Shown: piece after piece, positions 1 to 13,176 of the stretch
Layout: each line of letters opens with the position of its first letter
Position numbering within the stretch: position 1 is the first letter of the stretch
Origin: Eledone cirrhosa
Taxonomy: Eukaryota
Direction: 5' to 3'
Length of the DNA stretch: 64,000 nt
Assembly (NCBI GenBank): GCA_964016885.1
Contig: OZ024755.1
Coordinates: 7,068,001 to 7,132,000, forward strand
Notes under the pieces: model-generated
The model's input: the letters and a program-made list of their open reading frames with translations, nothing else
What the model was told of the DNA's origin: nothing
The model's database searches: none
Translations under genes and position numbers: made by a program

Positions 1-690
1 CCACCGTCTATGATTCCTCCATCTAGGCCGCCGATACAGCATACATACATACATATATATATGTGTATGTGTGTGTGTGTGTGCTTGTATACGCATGTGT
101 GTATATTTATGTAATTATGTATGTGTGTTACATAACTGATGCGTATTTTTCGCTCTCTAAGCTTCGTTAACTTCGAGAAACTACGAGACGGAAGATGGGA
201 AGTGGTGAGTGTGAGGGTGGGTGAAGGGGTAGCTTGATCAAACTTTCAGAAGCAGTTAGGTTGTTTGTTACAAATATACGCCGTAGACACTTATGGAATT
301 AGCAACAGGCCTCTGTCGGTTTCGATGACGAGTGCGTCCAGTTGTTTTGATCATCGGTAGTACAGTTTGCTCATGAAACTAACGAATAAGTGACTATATC
401 ATTCCACAGATACGTGTATCCTTAATGTAGATCTCAGGGAGATTCATCTGGATCTGGTGTGTGATAAGGCTGGCCATTTGAATTACAGATACAACTCTAT
501 TTTTTTGTCAGCTGGAATATCGTGAAATGAAGTGACTTGCTCAAGAGCACAACGCACCACTAGAAATCCAAACAGTTTTCGCCTACTAAATTTTACTCAC
601 AAAGCAGGAGTCGATGTGAGGTTAGGGTAAATGACACTTATCTAAGACGCCACACCGCAGAATCGAACCTGGGACCTTTTTAACCATTTG

Positions 691-1085
691 TCTTCTTCTT
701 CTTCTTCTTCTTCTTCTTCTTCTTCTTCTTCTTCTTCTTCTTCTTCTTCTTCTTCTCGGGAGGGTCGTGGGGGCATAGTCCTCAAACACTCCTTCCAGCG
801 GGTCCTGTCAGAGGCAACTACCTCCAACTGATCCGACCGGATCTCCAAGCGAGACCAGCCGAGTTCATAGATGTTATCCAACCGTCTTGCTCGGGGGGGG
901 GGGGGGTCTACCTCTGGGTTCCCTGCCGGTTGGTTTCGCTCGTAAAATCTGTCCAGCGATTCTCTCCTGAAACATGCCATTAGTATCGGAGCTGTGATCT
1001 TTCAATTTGGAGAAGTAGTGGCTCTACCTGGAGGGACTCTCTGATCTCATCCCAAACTGCTATAAAAGCCCTCATGATACTAGTT
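691..1085 (-). mobile_element. 3' end of an RTE-like non-LTR retrotransposon with (GAA)n tail
   Basis: The minus strand encodes a decayed ...PRARRLDNIYELGWSRL...VASDRTRW, typical of RTE ORF2 C-termini, followed by a (GAA)n tail. Related copies at ~2810-3190 (-), ~14585-14735 (-), ~43330-43800 (+) and ~47330-47520 (+). Confidence 0.65.
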
Positions 1086-1355
1086 TCACGTTGAGACCAG
1101 ATACATGTCTATATATCTATTTTTATATAGTTACAGACTATATACAGTCTGACAAGTCAACTCAATCAGGTCTTGAGGTTAAACAACCTTATTGTCTGTT
1201 AACATACGAGAATTCACGATCGTGGAACAGTAAAACTTGTGTTTGTTTCGTTAAAATCATGACAGCGGTCTGCCCTCAATAGCAACACTAAGTGACTTTA
1301 ATTAAAACATTTCTCTTACCCCTTTCTGTCTGTCTCTCTCTATCTCTCTCTATAA

Positions 1356-1386
<31 letters not shown>

Positions 1387-1898
1387 TATATCCCTCCCCA
1401 CCATATGTTATTGAAATTTGTTCTCCCTCTCTACCCCCTCCTCTCCCACATCCCTCTTTTAACCCCCACATCAAATACTCCATTGCTACCAATATAACTG
1501 TTTCTATTATTTATACAAAGAAGAAGGAAAACCTTTTACAATAATTCATTAGACAGATCTCAAAGGATATATTACAGATGTCTTGTCTTAAAGTAAAATA
1601 TTGAGTTCAGTGGTACTATCACGTAGACACCAATCGGACGGGGCCAGGCAAGAACAACATATGACCCCAGTTTCCCTATACAAGGGTTGATTTTCTTTGA
1701 AATGATATTTAGTTTCGGTAGAGTCTTTAGAACCTCGGACAAGAATACGTTCTGGTATTTGTAGCCAGGGTCGTCTCTACCTTTGAGGAAAACTAGGCAG
1801 CCAACAAGGGCGCAGACAACAGAGTGGTCTTTTACTACTGGACCTTAAAGAACCAGTCTTATCTATATTTGTATAATCTAATTAAATATATAATAATG

Positions 1899-2150
1899 GG
1901 TTCTGATATAGGCACTAGGCCAGCAAATTGGGAGAGGGGAAAGTCGATTAAATCGACCTCAGTGTGTGACTGGTACTTTATTTTTTCGACGCATTAAGGA
2001 TGAAAGGCAAGGCTAACCTCGGTGAGATTTGGCAACGCTAACCTCGGTGAGATTTGGCAAAGCTAACCTCGGTGAGATCGTAAAGGACCGTAACTTTATG
2101 CTGCGAAGCAGGGTTGTCCAGCGCTCTACCGATTACTGTCAACCCACTGC
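1899..2150 (-). mobile_element. tRNA-derived SINE with Meta-domain-like core
   Basis: Minus strand carries the core GCCTTTCATCCTT...GTCGA...AAATAAAGTACCAG and the tail shared with the many other copies in the window. Confidence 0.7.
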
Positions 2151-2809
2151 CCTTATTTATGTAATTTATGCTCGTGTTGTTTCTTCATACGTCGCCTTTG
2201 AGTCAAATAAAGAAATAATTATCATAGTTATTATTCAATAACTAAATTGCGTGTTGTCATTACATTACCAAGAGCAGCTCTGTTTACTGTGAATATGTAC
2301 AGTGTTATGTTATGGTAGAAAATTGCTTCTACTGTATTAAAAATATTTTACGTAATATCTATTCACTAGTTTGTATTACTAGATTCACTATGTTATGAGT
2401 ATTTATAAGTGCTGGTATTTTTGATGACGTATATTCCTATCTGAATGTTTATTATAAAGATTTCTCACTTCCTCTATTCTACAAATCTATTTTTCCATAT
2501 CTTCGTATGTGAATGATTTCTTCGTTTATTTTAGAAATACTTTCTTGTTTGTAGAGACGGACACTTCAATTAGGAGACGCTTACCCTTCTTTTACCGAGT
2601 AATGTTTTTGATACCAAACCGCCTCGAAGCGCCTGGTTCTACAATACATGAGGTCTACAATAGTTGAGGTCAACCGTGTGAAAACCGAGAATTCAACGGA
2701 TGGTTTATTTCAAATAAGGACAATACTAGAAAGGCTGAGTTAGTCAGCAATCCATGGTATTCTACATACTGAAGACAGACAATGCCCGATAATGATGGCT
2801 ATTTCAATT

Positions 2810-3190
2810 TTCTTCTTCTTCTTCTTCTTCTTCTTCTTCTTCTTCTTCTTCTTCTTCTTCTTCTTCTTCTTCTTCTTCTTCTTCTTCTTCTTCTTCTTCT
2901 TCTTCTTCCTGAGAGTGTCGTAGGGGACATAGTCCTCAAAAACTCCCTCCAGTGGGTCCTATCAGAAGCAACCGTCTCCAACTGATCCGGCTGAATCCCC
3001 GCGTGAGCAGCCAAGCTCCTGGATATTATCCAACCTTCTTGTTCGGGGTCTACCCCTGGGTCTCCTGCTTGTCCTGTTAGTTTTGCCCGTTAAACCTGTC
3101 CAGAGACATTCTAACCACATGCCCATAGTATTGGAGATGTAATCTCTCAATTCTGAGAAGTAGCGACTCTACCTGGAGTAATTCTCTGAT
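2810..3190 (-). mobile_element. RTE-like LINE 3' fragment with long (GAA)n tail
   Basis: GRPRTRRLDNIQELG motif on the minus strand; homologous to 691-1085. Confidence 0.65.
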
Positions 3191-4310
3191 CGCTAAGTTA
3201 CGCACTTTATCGAGTAACTTTACTCCAAAGACCCTTCGGAGGAATCCTATATATTAAACCCTTACATTATAATTTTATGTAAGATTCTTTACCAAGTTTT
3301 CTTTAAAACGCCAGCTTAATAATGAGAAAATTAGTTGTATAACTAAATTTCTTCAAATCCTTGATTATTTTCAAAATTATTTGAAAACCACAAGGAGTAT
3401 CTTTCATTAGAAAGCTGGTCACAACCTTGATTGCACTAAGTTTAGGATTGACTTCTCTCAAGTATAGGGTCTTTGTTAAACACTTTATTAGTGCATGGGT
3501 ATACTGTGTGTATGCTTGTTAGTATTTCATAATGTTCGTGTATTATAGAATTGTGCACTTATTACAGAAGTGAGAGAACACAAATACATATACACATACA
3601 TACTCGCATATATACAAACATACACCCACATATATGTACTAATTAACTCACGCTCACATGTTCCGAAATCACTGGAACAGTCATGACCCCAAACAAAGAG
3701 GTCTTGTCAATATATATATATATATATACATGATGGCTGCCCCCTCGTTATCGAGTATGGATATTGCACGATATACCATTATTAATAATTATTAATTAAT
3801 TCTATCGTGCAATGCCTGTGCGTGAAGATATTTTTTAAAGTGAGGAAAAATTGTGCACTGAGCCAATCCCACTCTCTGAGCGACAGTAGCTATAACTCGA
3901 AAAGAAGAAAAGATCAACATCATCGGTAACTACTGAGCCGCAGGTTTTATGTCGGAGTTATCCCAGTTTCCTGAGTCACCTTCTCCTAGAAGAATGCCCT
4001 GACAAGTGGTTTAACCGCGTGGTACATGTCTATATACATATTTACACACTTTCAGATGGCCGTTGATACATACATACATGCATACATACATATATACATA
4101 CATATATATATATGTGTGTGTGTGTGTATGAAGTATTTCCGTAGGAAGGGTAAAGGAAAGGAGAGTGCTCTATGTATGCTACAGAGCTATTGAATTATGT
4201 AATAAACAACATAAGACAATTATTCCATATCCATTTACCAAAGGTTTCACGAAGACAGACGAGCTCAACATATTAAATTTAAAATTTAATATGGACGTCC
4301 ATATTAAATA

Positions 4311-4381
4311 TTCATTCTGATGAGCGATTTCAGACGTCTCTGTTGAGCTCGTCTGTCTTCGTGAAACCTTTGGTAAATGGA
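4311..4381 (+). ncRNA. Type I hammerhead ribozyme motif (Penelope-like element relic)
   Basis: Stem I TTCATT/AATGGA; core CTGATGA (4317-4323); stem II GCGA..CAGACG..CTC/GAG..CGTCTG..TCGT; GAAA; stem III ACC-TTT-GGT; cleavage triplet GUA (after 4375). It overlaps a ~70-bp inverted repeat (4200-4270 / 4341-4410). Confidence 0.7.
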
Positions 4382-4651
4382 AATGGAATAATTGTCTTAT
4401 GTTGTTTATTACATAATTGTTTCTACTTTTTGGCACAAGGCCAGCAATTATCTCAGTGTATTACTGGTACTTTATTTTATCGACCCCGTAAGGATGAAAG
4501 ACAAAGTTAACCTCGGCGGGATTTGGACTCAGTCCGTAAAGGGAAGTAACTCTTTATTACATAATATTATATATTAACTTTGCCTTTCATCCTTACGGGG
4601 TCGAATCCGATATCTGCATTGCTTTATTGTACTACAATAAAACTCACCTCC

Positions 4652-4724
<73 letters not shown>

Positions 4725-5017
4725 AGTAAAGGTGCATGGCCTTTAGAGCGCTGGGCTTGCAATTGAGAGGTTAGGAGTGCGCTCCTCGGACCGGGTGATG
4801 CGTTGTGTCCGTGATTAAGAAATTTAATTTTACGTTGCTCCAGTTTATTGTAGAAAATCGACCATTGCCTTTCCCTTGGACAACATTGGTGGTTTGTACC
4901 TCGGAGGGAAACTGTCTAGGTGCTAAACCCTGGTCATTAGTGCCCGATAGGGACCTTTCCTTCCTACTGTCAGGCTATAAACAACACCCGACATTCCTTC
5001 AAACTATGTGCAGCCGT

Positions 5018-5612
5018 CTTATATATAGGAGCATACATTAGACTGTGGAGCTTATATATAGGAGCATACATTAGACTGTGGAGCTTATATATAGGAGCAT
5101 ACATTAGACTGTGGAGCTTATATATAGGAGCATACATTAGACTGTGGAGCTTATATATAGGAGCATACATTAGACTGTGGAGCTTATATATAGGAGCATA
5201 CATTAGACTGTGGAGCTTATATATAGGAGCATACATTAGACTGTGGAGCTTATATATAGGAGCATACATTAGACTGTGGAGCTTATATATAGGAGCATAC
5301 ATTAGACTGTGGAGCTTATATATAGGAGCATACATTAGACTGTGGAGCTTATATATAGGAGCATACATTAGACTGTGGAGCTTATATATAGGAGCATACA
5401 TTAGACTGTGGAGCTTATATATAGGAGCATACATTAGACTGTGGAGCTTATATATAGGAGCATACATTAGACTGTGGAGCTTATATATAGGAGCATACAT
5501 TAGACTGTGGAGCTTATATATAGGAGCATACATTAGACTGTGGAGCTTATATATAGGAGCATACGTTAGACTGTGGAGCTTATATATAGGAGCCTACATT
5601 AGACTGTGGAGC
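5018..5612. repeat. 33-bp minisatellite, ~18 near-identical units
   Basis: Unit CTTATATATAGGAGCATACATTAGACTGTGGAG; it produces the spurious MYAPIYKLHSL repeat ORF. Confidence 0.95.
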
Positions 5613-5619
5613 AATTACC

Positions 5620-7345
5620 CCTACCATCGACACCACCACCACCACCAACACCATCACAATCATCAACACCACCACCAACACCATCACAACCATCAACACC
5701 ACCACCAACACCATCACAATCATCAACACCACCACCAACACCATCACAACCATCAACACCACCACCAACACCATCACAATCATCAACACCACCACCAACA
5801 CCATCACAATCATCAACACCACCACCAACATCATCACAACCATCAACACCACCACCAACACCATCACAACCATCAACACCACCACCAACACCATTACAAT
5901 CATCAACACCACCACCAACACCATCACAACCATCAACACCACCACCAACACCATCACAACCATCAACACCATCACAATCATCAACACCACCACCAACACC
6001 ATCACAACCATCAACACCACCACCAACACCATTACAATCATCAACACCACCACCAACACCATCACAACCATCAACACCACCATCAACACCATCACAATCA
6101 TCAACACCACCACCAACACCATCACAATCATCAACACCACCACCAACACCATCACAACCACCACCACCACCACCATCACATCCATTACCATCGACACCAC
6201 CACCACCACCATCACATCCATTACCATCGACACCACCACCACAAGCTCGAATACCATCAACACAACACCACACCAACAGCATCACCATTGTTAACATAAT
6301 TCTGTCTCTCTCCTCATCGTTCTCCCCCCTTCTCCCTCTCACTCCTCTTTCTTTCACTTTCACACTCGCTCTTTGTACCCTCCCCCCTCGTATCTCTATC
6401 TCCCCCTCGCATCTTTCTCTGTTCCCCTTTCACACCATCTATCTCACCCCCCTCTGTCTATTTGCCCCCACTCCTCTCTCTCTCTGTCTTTGCCTCCACT
6501 CCTCTCTCTTTCTCTCTCTGTCTTTGCCTCCCCCCCCCTCTCGTCTTTCTCTGTTCCCATTTCACACCATCTATCTCACCCCCTCTGTCTATTTGCCCCC
6601 ACTCCTCTCTCTTTCTCTCTTTGTCTTTGCCTCCCCCCTCTCGTCTTTCTCTGTTCCCATTTCACACCTTCTCTCTCAGCCTCCTCTGTCTCTTTGTCCC
6701 CACTCCTCTATCTCTTTCTCACTATCTATCTATCTATAGAAATGTATCTATCTATCTATCTATCTCACTCTCTCTCACTCTCTCTCTATCTATCTCACTC
6801 TCACTCTCACTCTCTCTCTCTCTCTCTCCCTCTCCCTCTCCGTCTCTGTCTTGTTAAATTCTTCACAGTGAGCCATGTCATCCACCAGCTGCGTTAGAGA
6901 GAAGAATGCCGTGTTTCACAAGATATGAATATAGAAAATTGTGGTGGCTATAGTAGTGGTGGTGGTGGTGGTGGTGGTGTTGGTGGTGGTAGTGGTAGTG
7001 GTGGAAGCGGTGGTGGTAGTGGTGGTGGCAGCGATGGCGAAATCTGGTGGTGGTGTTGGGGGGTAGTGGTAGTGGTGGTGGTGGTGGTGGTGGTGGTGGA
7101 GGTGGTGGTAGTGGTGGTGGCAGCGATGGAGAAATCTGGTGGTGGTGTTGGGGGTAGTGGTAGTAGTGGTGGTGGTGGGTGTAGTGGTAGTAGTGGTGGT
7201 GGTGGTGGGTGTAGTGGTAGTAGTGGTGGTGGTGGTGGGTGTAGTGGTGGATGGGGAGGGGGGTAGTAGTAGTGGTGATGGTAGTGATGGGGGTAGTGGT
7301 GGTGGTGTTGGTGGTTGAGGTGGTAGTGGTGGTGGTGGTGTAGGA
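5620..7345. repeat. Low-complexity block: (ACC/ATC)-based 30-bp repeats, CT-rich tract, (GGT)n tract
   Basis: Direct reading; the ORFs here are poly-P/T/G/V artefacts. Confidence 0.9.
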
Positions 7346-7578
7346 GGTGTTGAAGGTCATGTGGGGTGTCTTTATTGATGAGCTGACACAGCGATGACGT
7401 CAACACCAGAGGCGGCGGGAAAATCACCATCAGAAGAAGTTCATTGTTTGTACTTCTTATCAACCGTAGGCCAGACACTGTAATATATATATATACATAT
7501 ATATATATATGTATATGTATATATAAATATATATATATATATAATATAAGATCAAAAGATGGTTAAAGGAGTTCCATG

Positions 7579-7648
7579 TATTTTATTATGCGCATTTCAA
7601 AACAAACATCATCATGCAATAATATTTGTGTTTTCATCAGATAAAACA
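7579..7648 (-). ncRNA. Type I minimal hammerhead ribozyme motif with palindromic stem III
   Basis: Minus strand: TGTTTTAT CTGATGA AAACACAAATATT..GATGTTTGTTTT GAA ATGCGCAT A ATAAAATA. Stem I is 8 bp, stem II is long, and stem III ATGCGCAT is self-complementary. It overlaps an inverted repeat 7541-7599 / 7709-7768. Confidence 0.7.
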
Positions 7649-7856
7649 GGAGAACATGATATGAAGGCTAAAAAACACTTGTGGATAGTGCAGTTTTAAA
7701 TCAACATATTGAAATGCGCATAATAAAATACATGGAACTCCTTTAACCATCTTTTGATCTTATATTATGTATACTCCAGTCCTACAAACTGTAGAGTGCT
7801 TCTTATCCGATATCTGCATTGCTTTATTGTACTACAATAAAACTCACCTCCTACAT

Positions 7857-7893
<37 letters not shown>

Positions 7894-8657
7894 TAATTCA
7901 AAATATTAACAAAAATAGACATTCTTGTGATCAAGTATATTTTATTATACTGAGCTAACTTCAACAGTACGTCCTCATCAGATAAAATAAGTTAGCCCAG
8001 TACCTCTGAAATATGTATAATAAAATAAACTTGATCACAAGAATGTCTATTTTTGTTACTATTTTGAATTAATATTAATAAGTCTGGAAAACCAAAATTA
8101 TGTTGAGTGCTTCCAATCTATTGTAAAACTCATTCTTTGATTTATTCATTGAACCTTGTTTAACCTTTAAATATATGTATATATATATATATATATACAT
8201 ATATATACACACATACAAATATATATATGTGTGTGTAAATATATATGTATGCGTCTATATATGTATATGTATATATGTGTGTGTGTACGTGTGTATATGC
8301 ATATGTATATATTATACATATATATACACACACATTCATATATACATATATATATATGTTTGTGTGTGTGTGTGTGAAGGGATTGTATGTATACAATTTA
8401 TACATACATGCAATACATATATATCCAAGTTAGTCAGTAAAGGATGGTCAACTCCCAGATGTATACAATCAATGACAAGGAAGCCACACCTGAACATGAA
8501 TGGATGAAGGAGAAAGGTGTATGGAATTCGTTACAGCAAAGAATGATTGGCTGCCCTCACTGCCGGATTTACCCTTGTGCTTATGTGTGCTTTAGCAAAG
8601 AGTTCCGTTGGCCACGGGACACATCTTCCTGCCATAAAAATGTTTTATCTCCTTCAT

Positions 8658-8920
8658 GGCCCAAGTAAGCGGCCCCATATCTTAACTAGCACAGGGCCCA
8701 AGTAAGCGGCCCCATATCTTAACTAGCACAGGGCCCAAGTAAGTGGCCCCATATCTTAACTAGCACAGGGCCCAAGTAAGCGGCCTCATACCTTAACTAG
8801 CACAAGGCCCAAGTAAGCGGCCCCATACCTTAACTAGTACAAGGCCCAAGTAAGCGGCCTCATATCTTAACTAGCACAGGGCCCAAGTAAGCGGCCTCAT
8901 AACTTAACTAGCACAGGGCC
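8658..8920. repeat. 37-bp minisatellite, ~7 units
   Basis: Unit GGCCCAAGTAAGCGGCCCCATATCTTAACTAGCACAG. Confidence 0.9.
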
Positions 8921-9399
8921 TCATTTGTGCTAAATCCGGCACTGGCTGCCCAGATATCTATCTACTAAATATCTGTATAGGTGGGAGTGTATCATAGGTG
9001 GCCGAATGATTAAGCAGTTCGCTTAGCAATCAATAGGTCCCAAGTTCGATCAACCAAGTGTGGTATCTTATGCCAGAAACGTCAGGTTTTATATCAGAGT
9101 GACCTTCTCCTTGAGAGACGTCTTAATGAAGACTAGGAGTCTCCCGCTTCACTAAAAAAAACATACATACATGTTTGTATCTATGTACACTGTATATGTA
9201 CTGTACATGTATTAGCTCCTGTAGATATGGGTTAGTGTGTCTTTGTGGAAGGTTACTGCTCCTATGTTGTTCCATGATTGATGGGGTTTTTCACCTCTAT
9301 AATGAAATTATTAGTAACGATGTGTTAGTTTCTACAATACATTGACTATACCAGCATATACATACATATATATATAATATACTATATATATATATATAT

Positions 9400-9440
<41 letters not shown>

Positions 9441-10289
9441 AACTTTGTGTGTATAATGTTCGGACACGCATCTGCAATCACTCTCTGATATCATTTAGCA
9501 ATGAAGTGTATGTGAGAAGATAGTGGAAATCAAATGATTTATTTTGATATTCTCTTTCTTAGAGCAACACAGTTACTTTACTTTGATTAAATATTTACCC
9601 TGCCCTGTATGTAGTGGTGTTAATGTTGGTAGTGTTAGGGATGCTGGTAGCGCTGGTCAAAGAAATCTGATGACATTACATGCATATTCCTTTCATAGTA
9701 ATTATATGACACAGGGCGATGGATTGGCAGTATCGGTAGGGGGTCGGACGCCATGCTTTGACGCGTAGAGTTACGGCCCTTGCCAATTTAGTTCAAATCC
9801 CGCCGAGGTTAACTAAAGAGCTCAGGCTATCAAAGTTAACCTCGGTGAAATATGTGTAACGGAGTTTTAAATAAACCTGAATCAACTGAATATAGCCTCC
9901 GATCGTTTTTTAAATATATATATATATATGTAATAATAATAAAAGGACGAATGGTTATTCCTTCATTACGTTTATTGGTTGGTGACGCGCGTTTCGCTAC
10001 TGATCAGCTCAAGGTTCGATCTGTATCGATCTAGCCCGACTCTGGAATCAATGGCTCGTCGGACCTCTGTGGTAGTAATGACAGAATGAATATACATGGC
10101 GTATGAAAAAGTCTAACGTATATATGTATGCGTGTGTGTATAGGGTCTGCGGCCGGCGCTGAGATCAGAGCGACCACTGAATGATGGGGAGATGTGTTAC
10201 AGCTCACACCTCTGCAGGTTTAGCTGGCCTCCTCCAAGGTATATCTCGTTGGAGGTATCTTGGGTGATTTAATGATAGGGACCTCAGTC

Positions 10290-10437
10290 CTATCTTATTT
10301 CTACAGCTGAGTAAACTGGAGCAACGTGAAATAAAGTGTCTTGCTCAAGGAAACAACACATCACCCGGTCCAAGAATTGAACTCACAACCTTTCTATTGC
10401 AAGCCCAATGTTCTAACCACTAAGCTATGCGCCTTCA
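10290..10437 (-). mobile_element. tRNA-derived CORE-like SINE
   Basis: Minus-strand head GGCGCATAGCTTAGTGGTTAGAAC...GAGTTCAATTC, then TTCCTTGAGCAAGACACTTTATTTCACGTTGCTCCAGTTTACTCAGCTG. Related copies at ~40529-40670 (+), ~12100-12400 (-), ~60290-60612 (-) and ~300-560 (-). Confidence 0.65.
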
Positions 10438-10466
10438 CTGCAGAGTGGGTATATACGATGTAAATA

Positions 10467-10845
10467 ATTGTTTCTACTTTTGGCACAAGGCCAGTAATTA
10501 CCCCAGTGCATTACTGGTACTTTATTTTATCGACCCAGTAAGGATGAAAGGCAAAGTTAACCTCGGCGGGATTTGAACTCAGAATGGCAAGGGCCGTAAC
10601 TATGCGTCAAAGGATGGCGTCCGACCCTCTACCAATACTGCCAATCTAACCGTAAATAATTGTTTCTACTTTAGGCACAAGGCCAGCAATTATCCAGTGC
10701 ATTACTGGTACTTTATTTTACCGACCCCGTAAGGATGAAAGGCAAAGTGAACCTCGGCGGGATTTGAACTCAGATCGTAAAGGGACGTAACTATGCTGGA
10801 AAGCATGGCGTCCGACTCTCTACTGATACTGCCAATCCAAACCGT
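10467..10845 (-). mobile_element. Two tandem Meta-domain-like SINEs
   Basis: A-box TGGCAGTAT(T/C)(G/A)G and B-box GAGTTCAAATCC on the minus strand, plus the family core and tail. Confidence 0.75.
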
Positions 10846-13092
10846 AAATAATGTGTCGCTGATAGGATCAAAATAACCGAAATATGTTCCGAGGTAAATT
10901 GCTGGTAGAGGGAGACTGTATGGAAGCCCGTTGAATGGATTATATCCATAATTCAAAATTTGTCTGTGGAATACTCAACAACGTACATGTTAACTCACGA
11001 GTTGTACAGGTAATTCCGACATCCGGATTTGTCACACTGTAGTAGTAGTAGTAGCAGCAGCAGTAGAGTACTAGTGTCAACTGCGTGTCAGGAGAGATAG
11101 AGATAAAGAGAAAGAGAGAGAGAGCGCAGCTGTTACCAAAATACTCAATGAAGTCATTATATCTGATGTGGCAATCTGACTCCTTCTGCTAGCAAATATC
11201 GATTATCTTATCACTTTTTTTACGGTCCAGAAGGAGGGTAGGCATACCCTTGAGTATTGGCAGTATCGGTAGAGGGTTGGACGCCATGCTTTGAGGCATA
11301 GACTTATGGCCCTTGCCATTCTGAGTTCAAATACCGCCGAGGTTAACTTTGCCTTTCATCCTTACAAGGTCGATAAAATAAAGTACCAGTAATACACTGA
11401 GATAATGTGGCGGTCTGAGAATTGAATTCACAACCTTTCGATTGCAAGCCCAATGCTCTAACAACTAAGCCATGTGCCTCCATCCAGATAAATAAATATA
11501 TGTGTACGTGCAGACGTTTATGTATATATAAATACCACGTCTTTGAATAAACTTTTGATTGAAAAGGCACAGTTCTTGACCGATAATGTCGGGAGATAGA
11601 CAATTGCTACAGTGGTTGCCAATGAACGAATCTTCCTTTGATTTTTAAAATACAAAAACATTCTCCAGTCTTATGTCACTGACCGACATGAATAATTTAC
11701 TTTGGAAGACTTCTACATGTTTGTTATAAATAATTGTTTCTACTTTTGGCACAAGGCCAGCAATTACCCAGTGTATTACTGGTACTTTATTTTATCGACC
11801 CCGTAAATCGAGAAAAGTTAACCTCGGTGGGATTTGAACTCAGACCATAAATGGCCGTAACTCATTGCTGCAAAGCATGGCGTCAGACCCTCTACTCATA
11901 CTGATGATGATGATATATGACTTCTTATACGTCCTTTTTAGAAAGACAGAAAATAGAAAAATATGAAGGGTGAGGGGAAGAGAGAAAGAAAGAAACAAGG
12001 ATGGATGAGTAGATAGGTAGGTAGGTATTATATACTATATACATACGTAGATGGATGGATGAATAGATCAGTTGACCTCGGCCTGCCTGTGGAATTAACG
12101 TGTAACTAGCTCTCCGTCGGTTACGACGACGAGTGTTCCAGTTGATATGTTCAACGGAACAGCCTGCTCCTGAAATTAACGCATTCCAACAAACACGCGT
12201 CCCCATAACGTAATTCTCAGGGAGATTCAGCGTGACTAGACTGGCCCTTCGAATCACAAGTACAACTCATTTTTTGCCAGCTGTGTAGACTGGAGCAACA
12301 TGAAATAAAGTGTCTTGCTTAATGACACAACGTAACCCCAGGAATCGAACTCACGATTGTGAGCCGAATATACTAACCATGAAGCCACCCGCCTTCACAA
12401 TTAACGTGAAGTGATTGAGTATTCCATAGATAGGGCCAGCGTGACACGCACGGGTGGCTTTTTTTATGGCCTGAGTTCAAATCCCGCCGAGGTTAACTTT
12501 ACTTTTCATCCTTACGGGGGTCGATAAAATAAAGTACCAGTAATGCAATGGGATAATTGCTGGCCTTGTGCCAAAAGTATAAACAATTATTATTACAGAC
12601 AGCCTGTCTGATGAGGTTGCAAAGTTTCCCTCTAACCTATTTCACTTAAGGCATGGTTCGATCCTGGGGCTATAGTAAATTATACTTATCCAAGATTCCA
12701 TGCAGTGGGATCGAACCCCAAACTTAAGTTGCGAAACGAACTACCTAACAATTCGGCCATCCTACATCCAGTGTCTTCAAATCATCATTGTTTCACCAAA
12801 CTGGAACTCCACGTGGGTGGATAAGACTTGATAAGATAAAACGTGAGTAAATGTAGAAAGATCTCATTAGATTGGAACCTTTGAAAGATGTTAACCTTCA
12901 GTTAAATAAAGCTGTAATGCATTTGTTGTACAATACAATCTTGTGTTGTTCCATATCATCACTTCAACACTATCAAACAGTCACTGGCGACTTGTACACA
13001 CATTCAAAGTGATTTTTAGGAATCTGAGAAATGTGTTAACACACAAACCTCTCTCCCCATATACATGAATGTGTGTGAATCTTTGAATACAC

Positions 13093-13142
<50 letters not shown>

Positions 13143-13176
13143 ATCTATGAATATACCTCTCTCTCTATCATATATA

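Noticed and set aside
5018-5612. CRISPR-like regular repeat (also 8658-8920 and 35861-36722)
   Set aside because: Units are head-to-tail with no unique spacers, there are no cas genes, and the context is eukaryotic.
4970-7478. Long ORFs (187-377 aa) in the ORF track
   Set aside because: They are translations of the minisatellite and trinucleotide tracts, open in several frames, with no domain signal.
12605-12640. Isolated CTGATGA motifs (also ~22197 and ~11902)
   Set aside because: No properly placed stem II, GAAA and stem III, so they were not called hammerheads.
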